A stretch of 64,000 nucleotides of DNA from the NCBI GenBank assembly GCA_944384465.1, contig CALWTK010000004.1, positions 5,257-69,256 of the forward strand, in the 5' to 3' direction. The translations under genes were made by a program, and so were the position numbers. The notes below the pieces were generated by a model. It was not told the origin of the DNA and made no database searches. It worked only from the letters and a program-made list of their open reading frames with translations. This DNA comes from an uncultured Clostridia bacterium. Its GTDB lineage: Bacteria > Bacillota > Clostridia > Christensenellales > UBA1242. Below are positions 20,935 through 31,433 of the stretch, piece by piece. Each line of letters starts with the position of its first letter. The first letter of the stretch is position 1.

Positions 20935-21001
20935 AGTAAAATAAAAATTTTATAATTTGTCAAATGATTTTGGCTTTTTTTTGATTTTTTTTGAAAAATA
21001 T

Positions 21002-21030
21002 TTGCATAAAAAAAATAAAGTTGCTATATT
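21002..21030 (+). promoter_or_regulatory. Putative sigma-A promoter for the 21053 gene
   Basis: TTGCAT at 21002-21007, a 17-nt spacer and TATATT at 21025-21030. Confidence 0.4.
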
Positions 21031-21052
21031 GTTTTTAAGAGTGGATTGAATT

Positions 21053-22177
21053 ATGGAAGAGATGATATTTTTTGACAATGCGAAAGAACATGTAACAAAT
21101 TTTTTTGAAAAAGAATTTGAAAACTTTCCACCGCTCTTAATGTCAAACTTTTTGAACAAATTCAATGATATTCTTAACTATAGCGAAGAAGGGAAAAGCA
21201 TCAAACCTAAATTAATTTTCACGGATAATATTGAAGCAATAATTAGGACCTTCCCTAAATCTACTGCTCTAACTATCTTTGAAGATGAAGAACCTACTAT
21301 GTTCAACTCTAGGTTGAAATCCATCCTTGCTATAACACGAAATGACTGGTGCCTATTCGTAGATATAAAAGAAAGCAAAATCACTTATGGACTTGTCATG
21401 TCGTTTAGAAGTATAAAAGATAAAAAATTCCTTCAACAGCTAGAAGAAAATACCACGCTAAAAGATAGGTCAACTAAAATTCATTGTATTGTAATCCGAC
21501 CACTAAATTTTTTCACCATGTATCTACACTCCATATCTGGCAACGATCTCATAGTCAACTTTGCCCTTGATAAATCAAAGAATAACATTTTCGCTACAGA
21601 GATTAAAGAATTTGTGGACGCAACTTTCTCAAAATTGCGCACGACTCAACGCAAACTACAAGATATGAAAAACATGTATCTCAACATATTCACAAATGTC
21701 ATGAGTGATGTGAATGGTGCGATCTGTGTCATCGTCGATAAAGATTATAAAGACAACGGACTTTTTGATGATGGTATATGGCTGAAAGAACCTATAAGTT
21801 TTAGCAAATTATTTACCCAATCGAAAAGTTACAGTGAAGAAAAATTGCAGGCATATGCCGAACTGTTCATCAACATGCTAAACTTTGATGGGATAACCAT
21901 AATAGACAATCAGGGGAGAATCCTTGCTTATAATGTTTTCGTTGAGCCAAACTCAAAAAAGGTCGGATACATTATCGGCGGTGCAAGGAAACGAGCTGCA
22001 TATTTTATATTGAGTAGCAAGAAAAAGGGTATTGTGGGCGTATATTTTCAGTCGCATGAAGGTGAAGTATTCTTTCAGGAGATTAAAAAATCTGTGAAAA
22101 GGACACAAATCAAAAAATCTGAGCCTAAAATGGAAACGAAATCCGAACACATCACCTTAATGGACGAACAAAAATAA
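21053..22177 (+). CDS. Two-domain protein with a C-terminal diverged diadenylate-cyclase (DisA_N/DAC)-like domain
   Basis: The C-terminal ~125 aa follow the DAC motif order: NGAICVIV (GALIVI), FDGITIIDNQGRILAYNVFV (HDGAVII..I.AA), GGARKRAA (GTRHRAA) and VYFQSHEGEV (VSEETG). The N-terminal ~215 aa are unassigned. Confidence 0.6.
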   Translation: MEEMIFFDNAKEHVTNFFEKEFENFPPLLMSNFLNKFNDILNYSEEGKSIKPKLIFTDNIEAIIRTFPKSTALTIFEDEEPTMFNSRLKSILAITRNDWCLFVDIKESKITYGLVMSFRSIKDKKFLQQLEENTTLKDRSTKIHCIVIRPLNFFTMYLHSISGNDLIVNFALDKSKNNIFATEIKEFVDATFSKLRTTQRKLQDMKNMYLNIFTNVMSDVNGAICVIVDKDYKDNGLFDDGIWLKEPISFSKLFTQSKSYSEEKLQAYAELFINMLNFDGITIIDNQGRILAYNVFVEPNSKKVGYIIGGARKRAAYFILSSKKKGIVGVYFQSHEGEVFFQEIKKSVKRTQIKKSEPKMETKSEHITLMDEQK

Positions 22178-22215
22178 TCTATTTCAATATAGACAATCGA
22201 GATAATGCAGCATAT

Positions 22216-22245
22216 AAAAAAGAAGCATTTTAATGCTTCTTTTTC
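22216..22245. terminator. Bidirectional rho-independent terminator between convergent genes
   Basis: A5, stem AGAAGCAT/ATGCTTCT (22221-22240) with loop TTTA, then T4. Confidence 0.65.
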
Positions 22246-22979
22246 TATTTCTTCTTGAACTTGATGACCACTCTAAAAATGGTTTTATCTGCACATTTGC
22301 CTTCTATATAGAAATACGATTTTTCTTGCTTCCTATATATATCAATCTTGTCACCTTCATGACTTTCGTTGACAAAATAGATCTCGTATTCTTTGATAGA
22401 GAATGATTTCAACTCATCTACAGTGAAACTATCTAGCGCCATGAAATTGTATTTTAAGTTGTTCGTGTGATTGTTGACATCTATATCTGTAGCGCGGATA
22501 GTTTTTGTATACACATAGTCCGCTTGGTCTACTTCCAATCTCATATTTGTATAATTAGTCTGTATCTTTTTTGTTTCTACCATCTCTAACTTTGGAAAGT
22601 TGATTGTGCTACCTTTTCTGATCTTTCTAGTCTCATAGTCTAGACAGCACCATTCCGCGATGGACTTAGCTTTTATAAAAGAGCCCACCTTCAATTCACA
22701 CGCTCTGTCAAATCTTATCATGCCTGGCTCATATGTCCACGTCTTGACTGTGACTTTATCCCCCGTCTTCAATTCCCCATTTAACAAGACTTTGATCTTG
22801 CTAACTATCCAAAAAGCGTTGCTTGTCTTTATCATATTGTCATGATCTAGTCCAATCATGTCCGCATGATTGAATGTCGCTATTTCAAGCATTCGCATGA
22901 TTTCAGTAATAGGAACAGACATATTAAAATTAATACTAGTGTCATCAACTACCAATTTTTCTTTGTACATGTTTTTCAT
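22245..22979 (-). CDS. Acyl-ACP thioesterase
   Basis: 244 aa with a double hotdog pattern (AFWIVSKIKV..., TWTYEPGMIRFDRACEL, DIDVNNHTNN). Its ATG overlaps the stop of the giant gene (TAATG). Confidence 0.8.
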   Translation of the reverse strand: MKNMYKEKLVVDDTSINFNMSVPITEIMRMLEIATFNHADMIGLDHDNMIKTSNAFWIVSKIKVLLNGELKTGDKVTVKTWTYEPGMIRFDRACELKVGSFIKAKSIAEWCCLDYETRKIRKGSTINFPKLEMVETKKIQTNYTNMRLEVDQADYVYTKTIRATDIDVNNHTNNLKYNFMALDSFTVDELKSFSIKEYEIYFVNESHEGDKIDIYRKQEKSYFYIEGKCADKTIFRVVIKFKKK

Positions 22980-25900
22980 TATCTTATCCTCATTCTAGTC
23001 CTCAACACTATAACAACGGTCACTACTGTGATAACCACTGCAACGACGACAACGATTATTATAATTGCCCATACATTCAACGGCTCTTTGATCACAGATT
23101 TGAAGCTCACTATCACATTGCCTGAACTACTTTCTAGTCTGATATAGTAATCTCCTGCTCCGTTGTTGCTTTCTGTGATGGTATATTGCATTTGCTCAAC
23201 TGCAGAATTTTCGTTAATCTCTGCTACTAATATATCGTTGATGTACAAATAACTGTCTCCCACTTGGTCAAATATGATACCTGGGTTATAAGTTATTGTA
23301 AAGCCATCTGTAGTAGTCTCACCTGTAGGCAATGAACACTCTATGTTTGGCGTTTCATTATTCATAGTAAATGAGAAACTTACCTCTCTTCTAGGATACA
23401 CCCCGTCATTCACAACGTATGTTATTGTAAATGTCTGTTTGCCCGAAGCAACACCTAATTCAGTACTGTTTTCCATCAACTTATCATAAGTCAACAACAT
23501 TCCATTGATGTTACTATTCATATTTAGCATATTTAAGAAAGTCTCTGTAACATCTCTTCCATACCCGTTGACAACTGAAGTGATTTCATAATTACCAAGA
23601 CTCGTGAAGTCTATTGATACTCGCGCTTCGTTTTCATTGATTATGGTGAAAATCAAAACTTTTCTTAAACTTAATCCATTATATAGTGCCGTGACAGTGA
23701 CTCTATACGTGCCATAATCAGTGAAAGTATAATTGTATTGCGATTTGTCAGGTGAATAAGTTTGTCCATTTCGTGTAGCCACCAGATCTATACTGCCCAA
23801 ATCATAAATTGACGGACTGTACACACTTATCTCCACTTCGCCGTTATAATAAGCATTTTCAATCGGAGCAGTGCCGTTTACAGTGACCACCACCTCTCTT
23901 AGAACTATTATATCCAAATTAGTTTGACTCGTTCCAAAGGTCGTGGTGAAGACATGGGTATTGCCTGACAGATCTTTGAATACGAATGAATATTTTCCGT
24001 CGCCGTCTATAGAATATTCTACATTAGCGCCATCGTTTTGTTCGTCAATTGTTGACACCAATTCATCATTATAATACACATCAAACACAACACCATTTTT
24101 CCTGATAATATAATTATCTAGAGCCAAAACTTGATCAAACGACAACACATAATCACTGGTGTTAGCGTCACTATATATATAAGATAAATTGTCGTTAGTA
24201 GACAAGTTGTCTGTGTTTAATTTTATATTTTGTACCAAATTTTCTAAGTTTGGAACCTGCAAAATACCTAGATATAAGCTGTATGTAGTGGTTGCAATTC
24301 TATATATTGTAAATACATATCCCGTTGCCCCAATCTGCGCTTCAAATTGTGTCATAGTGGCGCCTTGATCTGCCGCAACTATCACGAACAATTCTTCATT
24401 GCTGATATACAAAGGTATGTTCGTATTTACAGTATTCAAATTTGGAGCCGTGGTCTCTTCTGGCAATTTCAGACTGCCCGAAACAGCATTTGATGTTATG
24501 TTGAATACCGCCAAACTCGTGTCTGCGAACAATTCTTGGAATCTAAAGGTCGAGTTAGAAGCGACTGCCACATTGTTCCCCGTCTGCACATAATACAACT
24601 GATTTATTACCGATTGAACTGAGAAAGTATATACTTTGTTACCTAAATACAACCCTTCGACTGTATATATCTCTATCTCGAATTTATATGTACCTGTACT
24701 ATCTTGACTGGTGTTGATCACATAATTGGTTTGATTATCAAGCTGAGTCGTCACATATTCCCCATCTTGCATCAATTCATGTATAGAATAATAATAGTTA
24801 AAATAACTATTAGTTGGCACTGTCCAAGATAGATTCATTGTGCCCGAAGTAGTGCTGGTGTAGATTGTATCTTCATAATTTGTGTTTACGTCAATATTCA
24901 TGTTTTGACTGACATTGTTTGTGTCTCGTAATGTCACTGTGCCAGTGGTCGAGTCTAGAACAATGTTGTAGCCAAATTCAAATTCGTTGTTGTACATGAA
25001 CTGAACTCTCACTTGCAGAATTGCTCCATTATAGTTCGCACCCATAAACGGATATATCACAACCGAACCATTTTCTCTATCTATCTGCATGATGGTATAG
25101 CCATTGTAAGTTATAATATTTTGATCTGCAGCAACAGTTAAGTTCTCTCCATTAATGTTGTAAGTTATATTCAAATTATATAAAGCTGTGTCGTACGAAA
25201 TATTTGCCTGATTGAAGCTATAATAAGTGTTATTTGTCTCATAATAATTTGAATTCCCGTCTTCACCAAACGACAAACTATAGAACTCTTCACCTGTAGT
25301 ATTGAACCTATAGGTTGAGACTGTTCCGAAAGCATCCGTCATGATGATCTGATAAGTCCCACTCAAATTTGTCAAGATGTGTGATGCCACAGGCTCTAAA
25401 TAAGAACCATTCACAACATAATAATTGTACTGATTATCACTAGGAATACACCTATACACTGTAGTCTCATTATTGTGTATTATTTGTATCTGTTCAGCAT
25501 AATACATGATGTTGTTGTAAACTTCATTCGCCCCTTGCAAGTTTATTACATATTGACCATCTCTAAATTCTACTAGATTTGCTACGTTTAATTCTATCCT
25601 GTCGTCTGCATCATAATAGTTCAATGTGCTAGAATATATGTTTGTCCTTGACCTGATTGTGAAGATATAATTGCCGCGACCAGCATTTTTGATCATGTCT
25701 ATAATTTCCTGTGCTAATTCTGTCCCGACAAAATCATCCGTCCCATTAGTATTGATTGCGACAGTCACGCCAGAGGACAGATTTGTCAACTCAAATCTAT
25801 AGAATTTATCTACCACTGAATTGAACACATCTACATTTGGCAATGCCAAATCAAATATGGTTAGACTATCGTTGGCAGTGTCTTGAGACAAATCAAAGGT

Positions 25901-28900
25901 TCTGTTGCTAGCTGAAATGACTCCCGAATTTACTGTCGTCAGATTTAATGTCATAGTCAAATTATCATATTCTTGGTCGGCGTACAACACAACATATTGT
26001 GTCATGTTTCCGGCAGCATCCAACTCCAAAATCTCTACATATCTACCCTGTTCACTATAGGTCAATATTCCGCCATATGTGGACACCAAAGCCACTGAAT
26101 TTACAGAAGTGTATCCAGCGAAATTAGTCACCGGTAGACTTAAATTCACTTCGCTCAAGTCATTTATGGTTCTAAAGTATATTCTATCCACATCCGAATT
26201 GTCAAAAGGAGTATCAGCATTTACAACAAACGCATAGATCTTTCCCGCATCCAGAGTTGTATAATATGAATCATATCTGTTGACAAAATAGATACCCGCA
26301 TTCGTCTCATAAATATAGTTAGAAAACATTTCAGTCCCGTTTTCTAAATTATAATAATCTACCAACGTGTCGCTTTCAACCAAATCGTCTATATTGTTCT
26401 GCGGTGGAATGCGGTCTATTACAACTCTATATCTCGTCTCATAATAGGTCACCAAATTCCCGTTGGCATCGTAATAGTAATAACAATCTATATATCTATT
26501 GCTGATATTGTTTCCACTGAGTTTGTATCTAATAACTATATCATAATACAGCGTATCATTAATCGAATCATAATTGATGTTGCCAGAAGAATCTCTCAAA
26601 TAAGTGTTCAAGTAGATCACCCTAGATACAATATCCCCAGCTTCATTACGCACATTTTGAACCGCACTGGAATCCGTATTCAAATCAAACTCACCGCCAG
26701 TGTTAGAATACTCGTATCTTATATAGTCAGTCGTCCTTCCGTTCTGTGTCCTTGTCACAACCAAATAATTGATGTCCACTTGTGCTGAAGTGCTGTCTAT
26801 ATCGTATTCATTCAAATTGATTTTGACAAACTCTTCGCTAGTAGTCAATACATATGTTCCTGTGTTATCCGCTTCATTGGCAATATAATATGCACTATCC
26901 ACACCCAAATCACTTTCTATCACTGAATACACATCCGTAGTTGGAATGCTCGTCTCAATTCTAAAGCCAATGGTCTTTGTATGACTTCCGGTCGTCCCTC
27001 GGACTAGGTCTTTTATGATGATTACATAATCACCCGGTAGACACAGCCAATCCGTATCATTATTCCCACGTATAAAGATTTCTTGTAGACTGTCAGATAG
27101 ATATTGTGTCATGTCGATTTTGTAGTAATTCCCATCATAATTAGCTGCGTTTGAACTGTCAGTCGTGTCTATGCTGAACAATTTGATAGTCGTACCACGA
27201 CTGCTACCGCTCAATTGATTTTGCCTGTCTACGAAATACACATCAAATATCAAGCGCCCCGCATAATAATCCGAACTAAATCTCCCACCAAAATATTTAC
27301 CAATCGGAATATTGAGTGTAGCTGGCAGTTTGTCCGTCCTTAGATATAAATCATATCTTTGATTGCTGATGTTGTCTTGAATATAACTAAAGGTGGAATT
27401 ATCTGTATTGATCTGTGAAAATTCGTTGAATTCCGTTTCATTTTCCAAAAGGTTGATTGTGATATATCCACCATTAATTAGATTGTTTCTATCTATGATT
27501 TCATTCCTATCCACAATGAAATAATAATTTTGCACCCAACTATCTTCACCAAAATCTGTCGTCTCGTCTCCTACATAAGTCCTTTCAATAATGTACAACC
27601 CAGCACGTGTCATTCCGTCAACGACGTTTATCAGAGCGAACCCTTGCGTGCCTGAGTTAAATGATTGTGCGCCGTTTGAGAACGCTCCATTGGAATACAA
27701 TGTAACTTCATTGACAAATGAATAATATTTTAGGTTCGTTCTGTTTTCATTCCAATCACTGGTATAGTTGTCTTCACTCAAATTCAACTCATAAAATCTA
27801 TAAGTTATTGAGCCTACTTCATACGTCCCAGTGCCCATATTCCAGACGAACGCCACATAATTATCACTTGTCGCCATCGCTCCGTCAATACCATTGTAGG
27901 TAATATCGCCAACCGTGTTGTCGCTACCTGTATCTAGAATATTGCCTGATGATACCGTACCATTGTCCACATTGATTGCGTCTTGACTATAATAAACTGT
28001 CCCACGTGAATTATCTTTGTTGATGGTGATGGTCACAAATGAGTTCGAGTCTTGGTCATCGCTCACCGTTTGATTTTCGCCCATCAAATACAATACCCTT
28101 ATCATACTGGTAGAAGCAGATGCTTGATACTGCATAGTGCGAGTATGATTTGCCGCTGTAATATTCTGAATAGACAATACACTATCGTGAACCCCAAGGT
28201 TTGAATAAGCGGTCAATGAGTTGTTTTGCACGGTCAAATAATAGCTGTTGTCATTAGGAAGATATGTAAACAATCTAGATAAAGATGTTGTATTAGTTCC
28301 ATTTTCCAAGAAATAATTATTATCTTGATATTCTCCTCTAATCAAAGCGTAAAGTTTATTCGTCTTGTCATCATTACCTATCGTTGAAGATTCGATCAAT
28401 TTAAACACTTTGTGCGTTCCGACTTCGATCTCAACATCCTCACCATACAAAAGTGATGAACCAGTGACCATCTCTCCATCTACTTTGAAATATGCTTCTG
28501 TGTTATCAATGATGAACATATACTTGCATGAATAACCCGCTTCATCCGTCAAAGTGAATACATATATACCTTGATTGAATAAAATATTTGAAATATTGAC
28601 CTGACTGCCAATGGAATCCACTCGTCCAATATCAAACGAACCTATTGTCGTCCCCAATTGATAATTAGTTGTATACCAAACAGCACTATTTGATGTATAG
28701 ATTTCACTAGAAGTTAAAGTATTGTTTCTCACGAACGGAGTATAGGTATAGGTCGCTGTGATATTCGCTCCACTCGCCTTATCATTCCAAAATAATGTGA
28801 CATAACTATCAATTATTGAACTGGTAACTCTAATATATTCACCTGAACTCGTCGTTTTAAACTCATACGAGGTTGAATTGTCCACATTCGACACCGCCTC

Positions 28901-31114
28901 TATAGCGTACGGCATAACTCCAGAGATCGGTTGCCTATCAATGGTGAACATACGATATGTCGCAGCGCTGCCTTCGCTGATCAATTCAATCAAATAAACT
29001 GCGAATTGTCCATTTTGAATATTCTGACCAATCAAATCCCCGCTATACAGGGTCGTGGCACTCAAATTTAACAATTGATCCCTTGAATACACCTGATTTA
29101 CCACATAATAGTACCTCGCTGTAATTTCGCGTTCAAACACGTCTGGCTGCGCCCATGTGATGATTACATTTTTATTAGTATACTTACCCGAACCTACCAC
29201 TTCCCCATCTTCGGTGTTGACATTTATGTTTACTGTATCTGTAGTGTACCTAAAGGCAAAAATTTGATAATATCCCTCTGCGTTGGTAGGAGTAACATAT
29301 ATGAATACTAAATAATACCCTGTCCTATTAAACGACACTTGATTAGTATAAGCAATGCTAGTAGAAGAATTTTCTCCATCCACACTGGTCGTATATAGAC
29401 TAGCTGGAGTGATAGCGTTTGTCGAATAGAAATAGAAACTTTGATTTAAGCTAAAACTATCGTTACTGCTGAGCCACAACGAGCCTTGATTTGTCTTTTC
29501 ATAAGTTATTTCACCCAAAATCTCTGCAACGCTATTTATAGCATCTGCATTCGTAGTTTGGTCCCCCAACAAAGTGACATAATTTTGAACATTGTTAGCA
29601 AAAGTGTCTGCATCAAAACTAGAATTAATATTGTTTATTGTATGGTTGATAGTAGCATCCTGATACGACCAAATAGTTCCCACCTTTGTTGGAGTCTCTG
29701 TATTTGAAAACTCTGTTTTCAACTCATAAGACAAGCCTAAACTATCAATAGATGGTTCTGCTCCATATAGATAGCCATTTGGAACGACTAAATCAACGCC
29801 CGCTCCGCTATCTTTTGAAATGAGCAAATGTCGCATCTGCGCTTCTTGATAGTTAGCTTTTGAATATTTCAATTCAAACCCATGTATATTCAAAGCTTGG
29901 TTAGATACAACCAAATTCATATCCGGCATATTGTCCGCATTATAGCCTGAATACACATATTCGAACGAGAAATTATAGCTACCCACTTCTGTAAGCAACA
30001 AGACTACTATGTTGTTCGTGCTGTCTATATTATAAGCTCCTAAATTGTATGTCTCGTATCTTGTGCCAGAAGATGATGAAATTGTACAAACTAAATTCGC
30101 CGTCGTGCCCCCAACTGTCGTATTGGTCGTATAATCATAATCATAAGTGGTCACCCGCCCATTCGCTGTCAAGGTATAACTCATCTTATATTTTGTGTAA
30201 TCATATGTAAGGGTAGGATAATTTGAGGAAGTATACCCAAGATTGTATTGCAAGACGTTTGATGCATCTGTCGTCAAACTGACTCCTTCACATTCTATCG
30301 TTGGTTGAGCGTGATACTGATATCCATTGTGACTGATGACCCCATCGTATGATGATTCATATAAAATATAAAAATTAAATGTTTGAAAATAAGTCACATT
30401 GTTGTATCTGTATGTAATGTTGAACTCATAATAGCCCTCGTTTCCATCCACTTGTGGAATAACATAAACAAAATCTTGATACAAGTTATTATCATACTGT
30501 CTCACTCCAGGTAGATCAGTGATAGGGGATCCATTTCTGCTCGCTTGAACGTTTATGTATTGAATGCTGGCGCCTGTGTCTTCACCTGCATAGACTGCTT
30601 CCGTCGTACCATTCGTGAACACATATTGACCGAAAGACACCATTACTGCCTCAGCTAAACTGACTGACTCGTAACTACCTTCATTGTTCACAAAAGCTGT
30701 CTGTGAATTTGTGTATCCGCTTGACGTGATGTCGTTATTCAACATGACAAAATCGCCATTGTTGATAATATATCTATCTTGTCCATCGTTCGAAATATCA
30801 TCAAAATAGTATGCCCCGTCTCTTGTCAACATTGAATTGTAGATAGCATCTTCTGACATGGCATCATATAATGGAGTTTTAAATGGTGTATCATCTGAAA
30901 TCTCATCATCTGTAGAAATGACGTTTACCTTTTCCACCGCCAAAACTAAATTGTTGCTATCCACTGCACTAAATTCAGGATTGTTGTTAAGTACAGCAGC
31001 GTAAACTTTTTCTCTCCTATCATAATTAAAACTAAAAGTCAAACAAACACCAGCTGTGAGCAACACAACCATGATTAACAATATTCTATTAATTAATTTA
31101 ACTTTCCCCTTCAA
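22979..31114 (-). CDS. Giant cell-surface protein (2711 aa), N-terminal signal/anchor and C-terminal TM tail anchor
   Basis: Uninterrupted 8.1-kb ORF with T/N/Y/S-rich, beta-rich composition. N-terminus INRILLIMVVLLTAGVCLTFSF. C-terminus VWAIIIIVVVVAVVITVVTVVIVLRTRMRIR with no LPXTG. TTG start at 31114 with AAGGGGAAG 4 nt upstream. Confidence 0.8.
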   Translation of the reverse strand: MKGKVKLINRILLIMVVLLTAGVCLTFSFNYDRREKVYAAVLNNNPEFSAVDSNNLVLAVEKVNVISTDDEISDDTPFKTPLYDAMSEDAIYNSMLTRDGAYYFDDISNDGQDRYIINNGDFVMLNNDITSSGYTNSQTAFVNNEGSYESVSLAEAVMVSFGQYVFTNGTTEAVYAGEDTGASIQYINVQASRNGSPITDLPGVRQYDNNLYQDFVYVIPQVDGNEGYYEFNITYRYNNVTYFQTFNFYILYESSYDGVISHNGYQYHAQPTIECEGVSLTTDASNVLQYNLGYTSSNYPTLTYDYTKYKMSYTLTANGRVTTYDYDYTTNTTVGGTTANLVCTISSSSGTRYETYNLGAYNIDSTNNIVVLLLTEVGSYNFSFEYVYSGYNADNMPDMNLVVSNQALNIHGFELKYSKANYQEAQMRHLLISKDSGAGVDLVVPNGYLYGAEPSIDSLGLSYELKTEFSNTETPTKVGTIWSYQDATINHTINNINSSFDADTFANNVQNYVTLLGDQTTNADAINSVAEILGEITYEKTNQGSLWLSSNDSFSLNQSFYFYSTNAITPASLYTTSVDGENSSTSIAYTNQVSFNRTGYYLVFIYVTPTNAEGYYQIFAFRYTTDTVNINVNTEDGEVVGSGKYTNKNVIITWAQPDVFEREITARYYYVVNQVYSRDQLLNLSATTLYSGDLIGQNIQNGQFAVYLIELISEGSAATYRMFTIDRQPISGVMPYAIEAVSNVDNSTSYEFKTTSSGEYIRVTSSIIDSYVTLFWNDKASGANITATYTYTPFVRNNTLTSSEIYTSNSAVWYTTNYQLGTTIGSFDIGRVDSIGSQVNISNILFNQGIYVFTLTDEAGYSCKYMFIIDNTEAYFKVDGEMVTGSSLLYGEDVEIEVGTHKVFKLIESSTIGNDDKTNKLYALIRGEYQDNNYFLENGTNTTSLSRLFTYLPNDNSYYLTVQNNSLTAYSNLGVHDSVLSIQNITAANHTRTMQYQASASTSMIRVLYLMGENQTVSDDQDSNSFVTITINKDNSRGTVYYSQDAINVDNGTVSSGNILDTGSDNTVGDITYNGIDGAMATSDNYVAFVWNMGTGTYEVGSITYRFYELNLSEDNYTSDWNENRTNLKYYSFVNEVTLYSNGAFSNGAQSFNSGTQGFALINVVDGMTRAGLYIIERTYVGDETTDFGEDSWVQNYYFIVDRNEIIDRNNLINGGYITINLLENETEFNEFSQINTDNSTFSYIQDNISNQRYDLYLRTDKLPATLNIPIGKYFGGRFSSDYYAGRLIFDVYFVDRQNQLSGSSRGTTIKLFSIDTTDSSNAANYDGNYYKIDMTQYLSDSLQEIFIRGNNDTDWLCLPGDYVIIIKDLVRGTTGSHTKTIGFRIETSIPTTDVYSVIESDLGVDSAYYIANEADNTGTYVLTTSEEFVKINLNEYDIDSTSAQVDINYLVVTRTQNGRTTDYIRYEYSNTGGEFDLNTDSSAVQNVRNEAGDIVSRVIYLNTYLRDSSGNINYDSINDTLYYDIVIRYKLSGNNISNRYIDCYYYYDANGNLVTYYETRYRVVIDRIPPQNNIDDLVESDTLVDYYNLENGTEMFSNYIYETNAGIYFVNRYDSYYTTLDAGKIYAFVVNADTPFDNSDVDRIYFRTINDLSEVNLSLPVTNFAGYTSVNSVALVSTYGGILTYSEQGRYVEILELDAAGNMTQYVVLYADQEYDNLTMTLNLTTVNSGVISASNRTFDLSQDTANDSLTIFDLALPNVDVFNSVVDKFYRFELTNLSSGVTVAINTNGTDDFVGTELAQEIIDMIKNAGRGNYIFTIRSRTNIYSSTLNYYDADDRIELNVANLVEFRDGQYVINLQGANEVYNNIMYYAEQIQIIHNNETTVYRCIPSDNQYNYYVVNGSYLEPVASHILTNLSGTYQIIMTDAFGTVSTYRFNTTGEEFYSLSFGEDGNSNYYETNNTYYSFNQANISYDTALYNLNITYNINGENLTVAADQNIITYNGYTIMQIDRENGSVVIYPFMGANYNGAILQVRVQFMYNNEFEFGYNIVLDSTTGTVTLRDTNNVSQNMNIDVNTNYEDTIYTSTTSGTMNLSWTVPTNSYFNYYYSIHELMQDGEYVTTQLDNQTNYVINTSQDSTGTYKFEIEIYTVEGLYLGNKVYTFSVQSVINQLYYVQTGNNVAVASNSTFRFQELFADTSLAVFNITSNAVSGSLKLPEETTAPNLNTVNTNIPLYISNEELFVIVAADQGATMTQFEAQIGATGYVFTIYRIATTTYSLYLGILQVPNLENLVQNIKLNTDNLSTNDNLSYIYSDANTSDYVLSFDQVLALDNYIIRKNGVVFDVYYNDELVSTIDEQNDGANVEYSIDGDGKYSFVFKDLSGNTHVFTTTFGTSQTNLDIIVLREVVVTVNGTAPIENAYYNGEVEISVYSPSIYDLGSIDLVATRNGQTYSPDKSQYNYTFTDYGTYRVTVTALYNGLSLRKVLIFTIINENEARVSIDFTSLGNYEITSVVNGYGRDVTETFLNMLNMNSNINGMLLTYDKLMENSTELGVASGKQTFTITYVVNDGVYPRREVSFSFTMNNETPNIECSLPTGETTTDGFTITYNPGIIFDQVGDSYLYINDILVAEINENSAVEQMQYTITESNNGAGDYYIRLESSSGNVIVSFKSVIKEPLNVWAIIIIVVVVAVVITVVTVVIVLRTRMRIR

Positions 31115-31433
31115 AATGCTTCCCCTTTTTATTTTCCCTTAAATGGAAAAAATTATTATTATTTTGTTTATATTATATATAAACATAAATGTTATCATAA
31201 TTATAGCATAAGGATTTTTAAAAGACAAACAAAAAATATTTGATTTTAATTTATTTTAAATTTAGTTGTTTATATTATGAAATATAATTTAAAGTTTTTT
31301 TCGTGATTTTTATTTTATATTTCGAACGATAAAATTTGTTTTTGTTTGATTTTTTATAAAAATTTTAAAAAAATAATAAAAAATCAATGAAAAATACGTA
31401 TAAAATCATGTTTTATACGTATTTTTTAATTTT

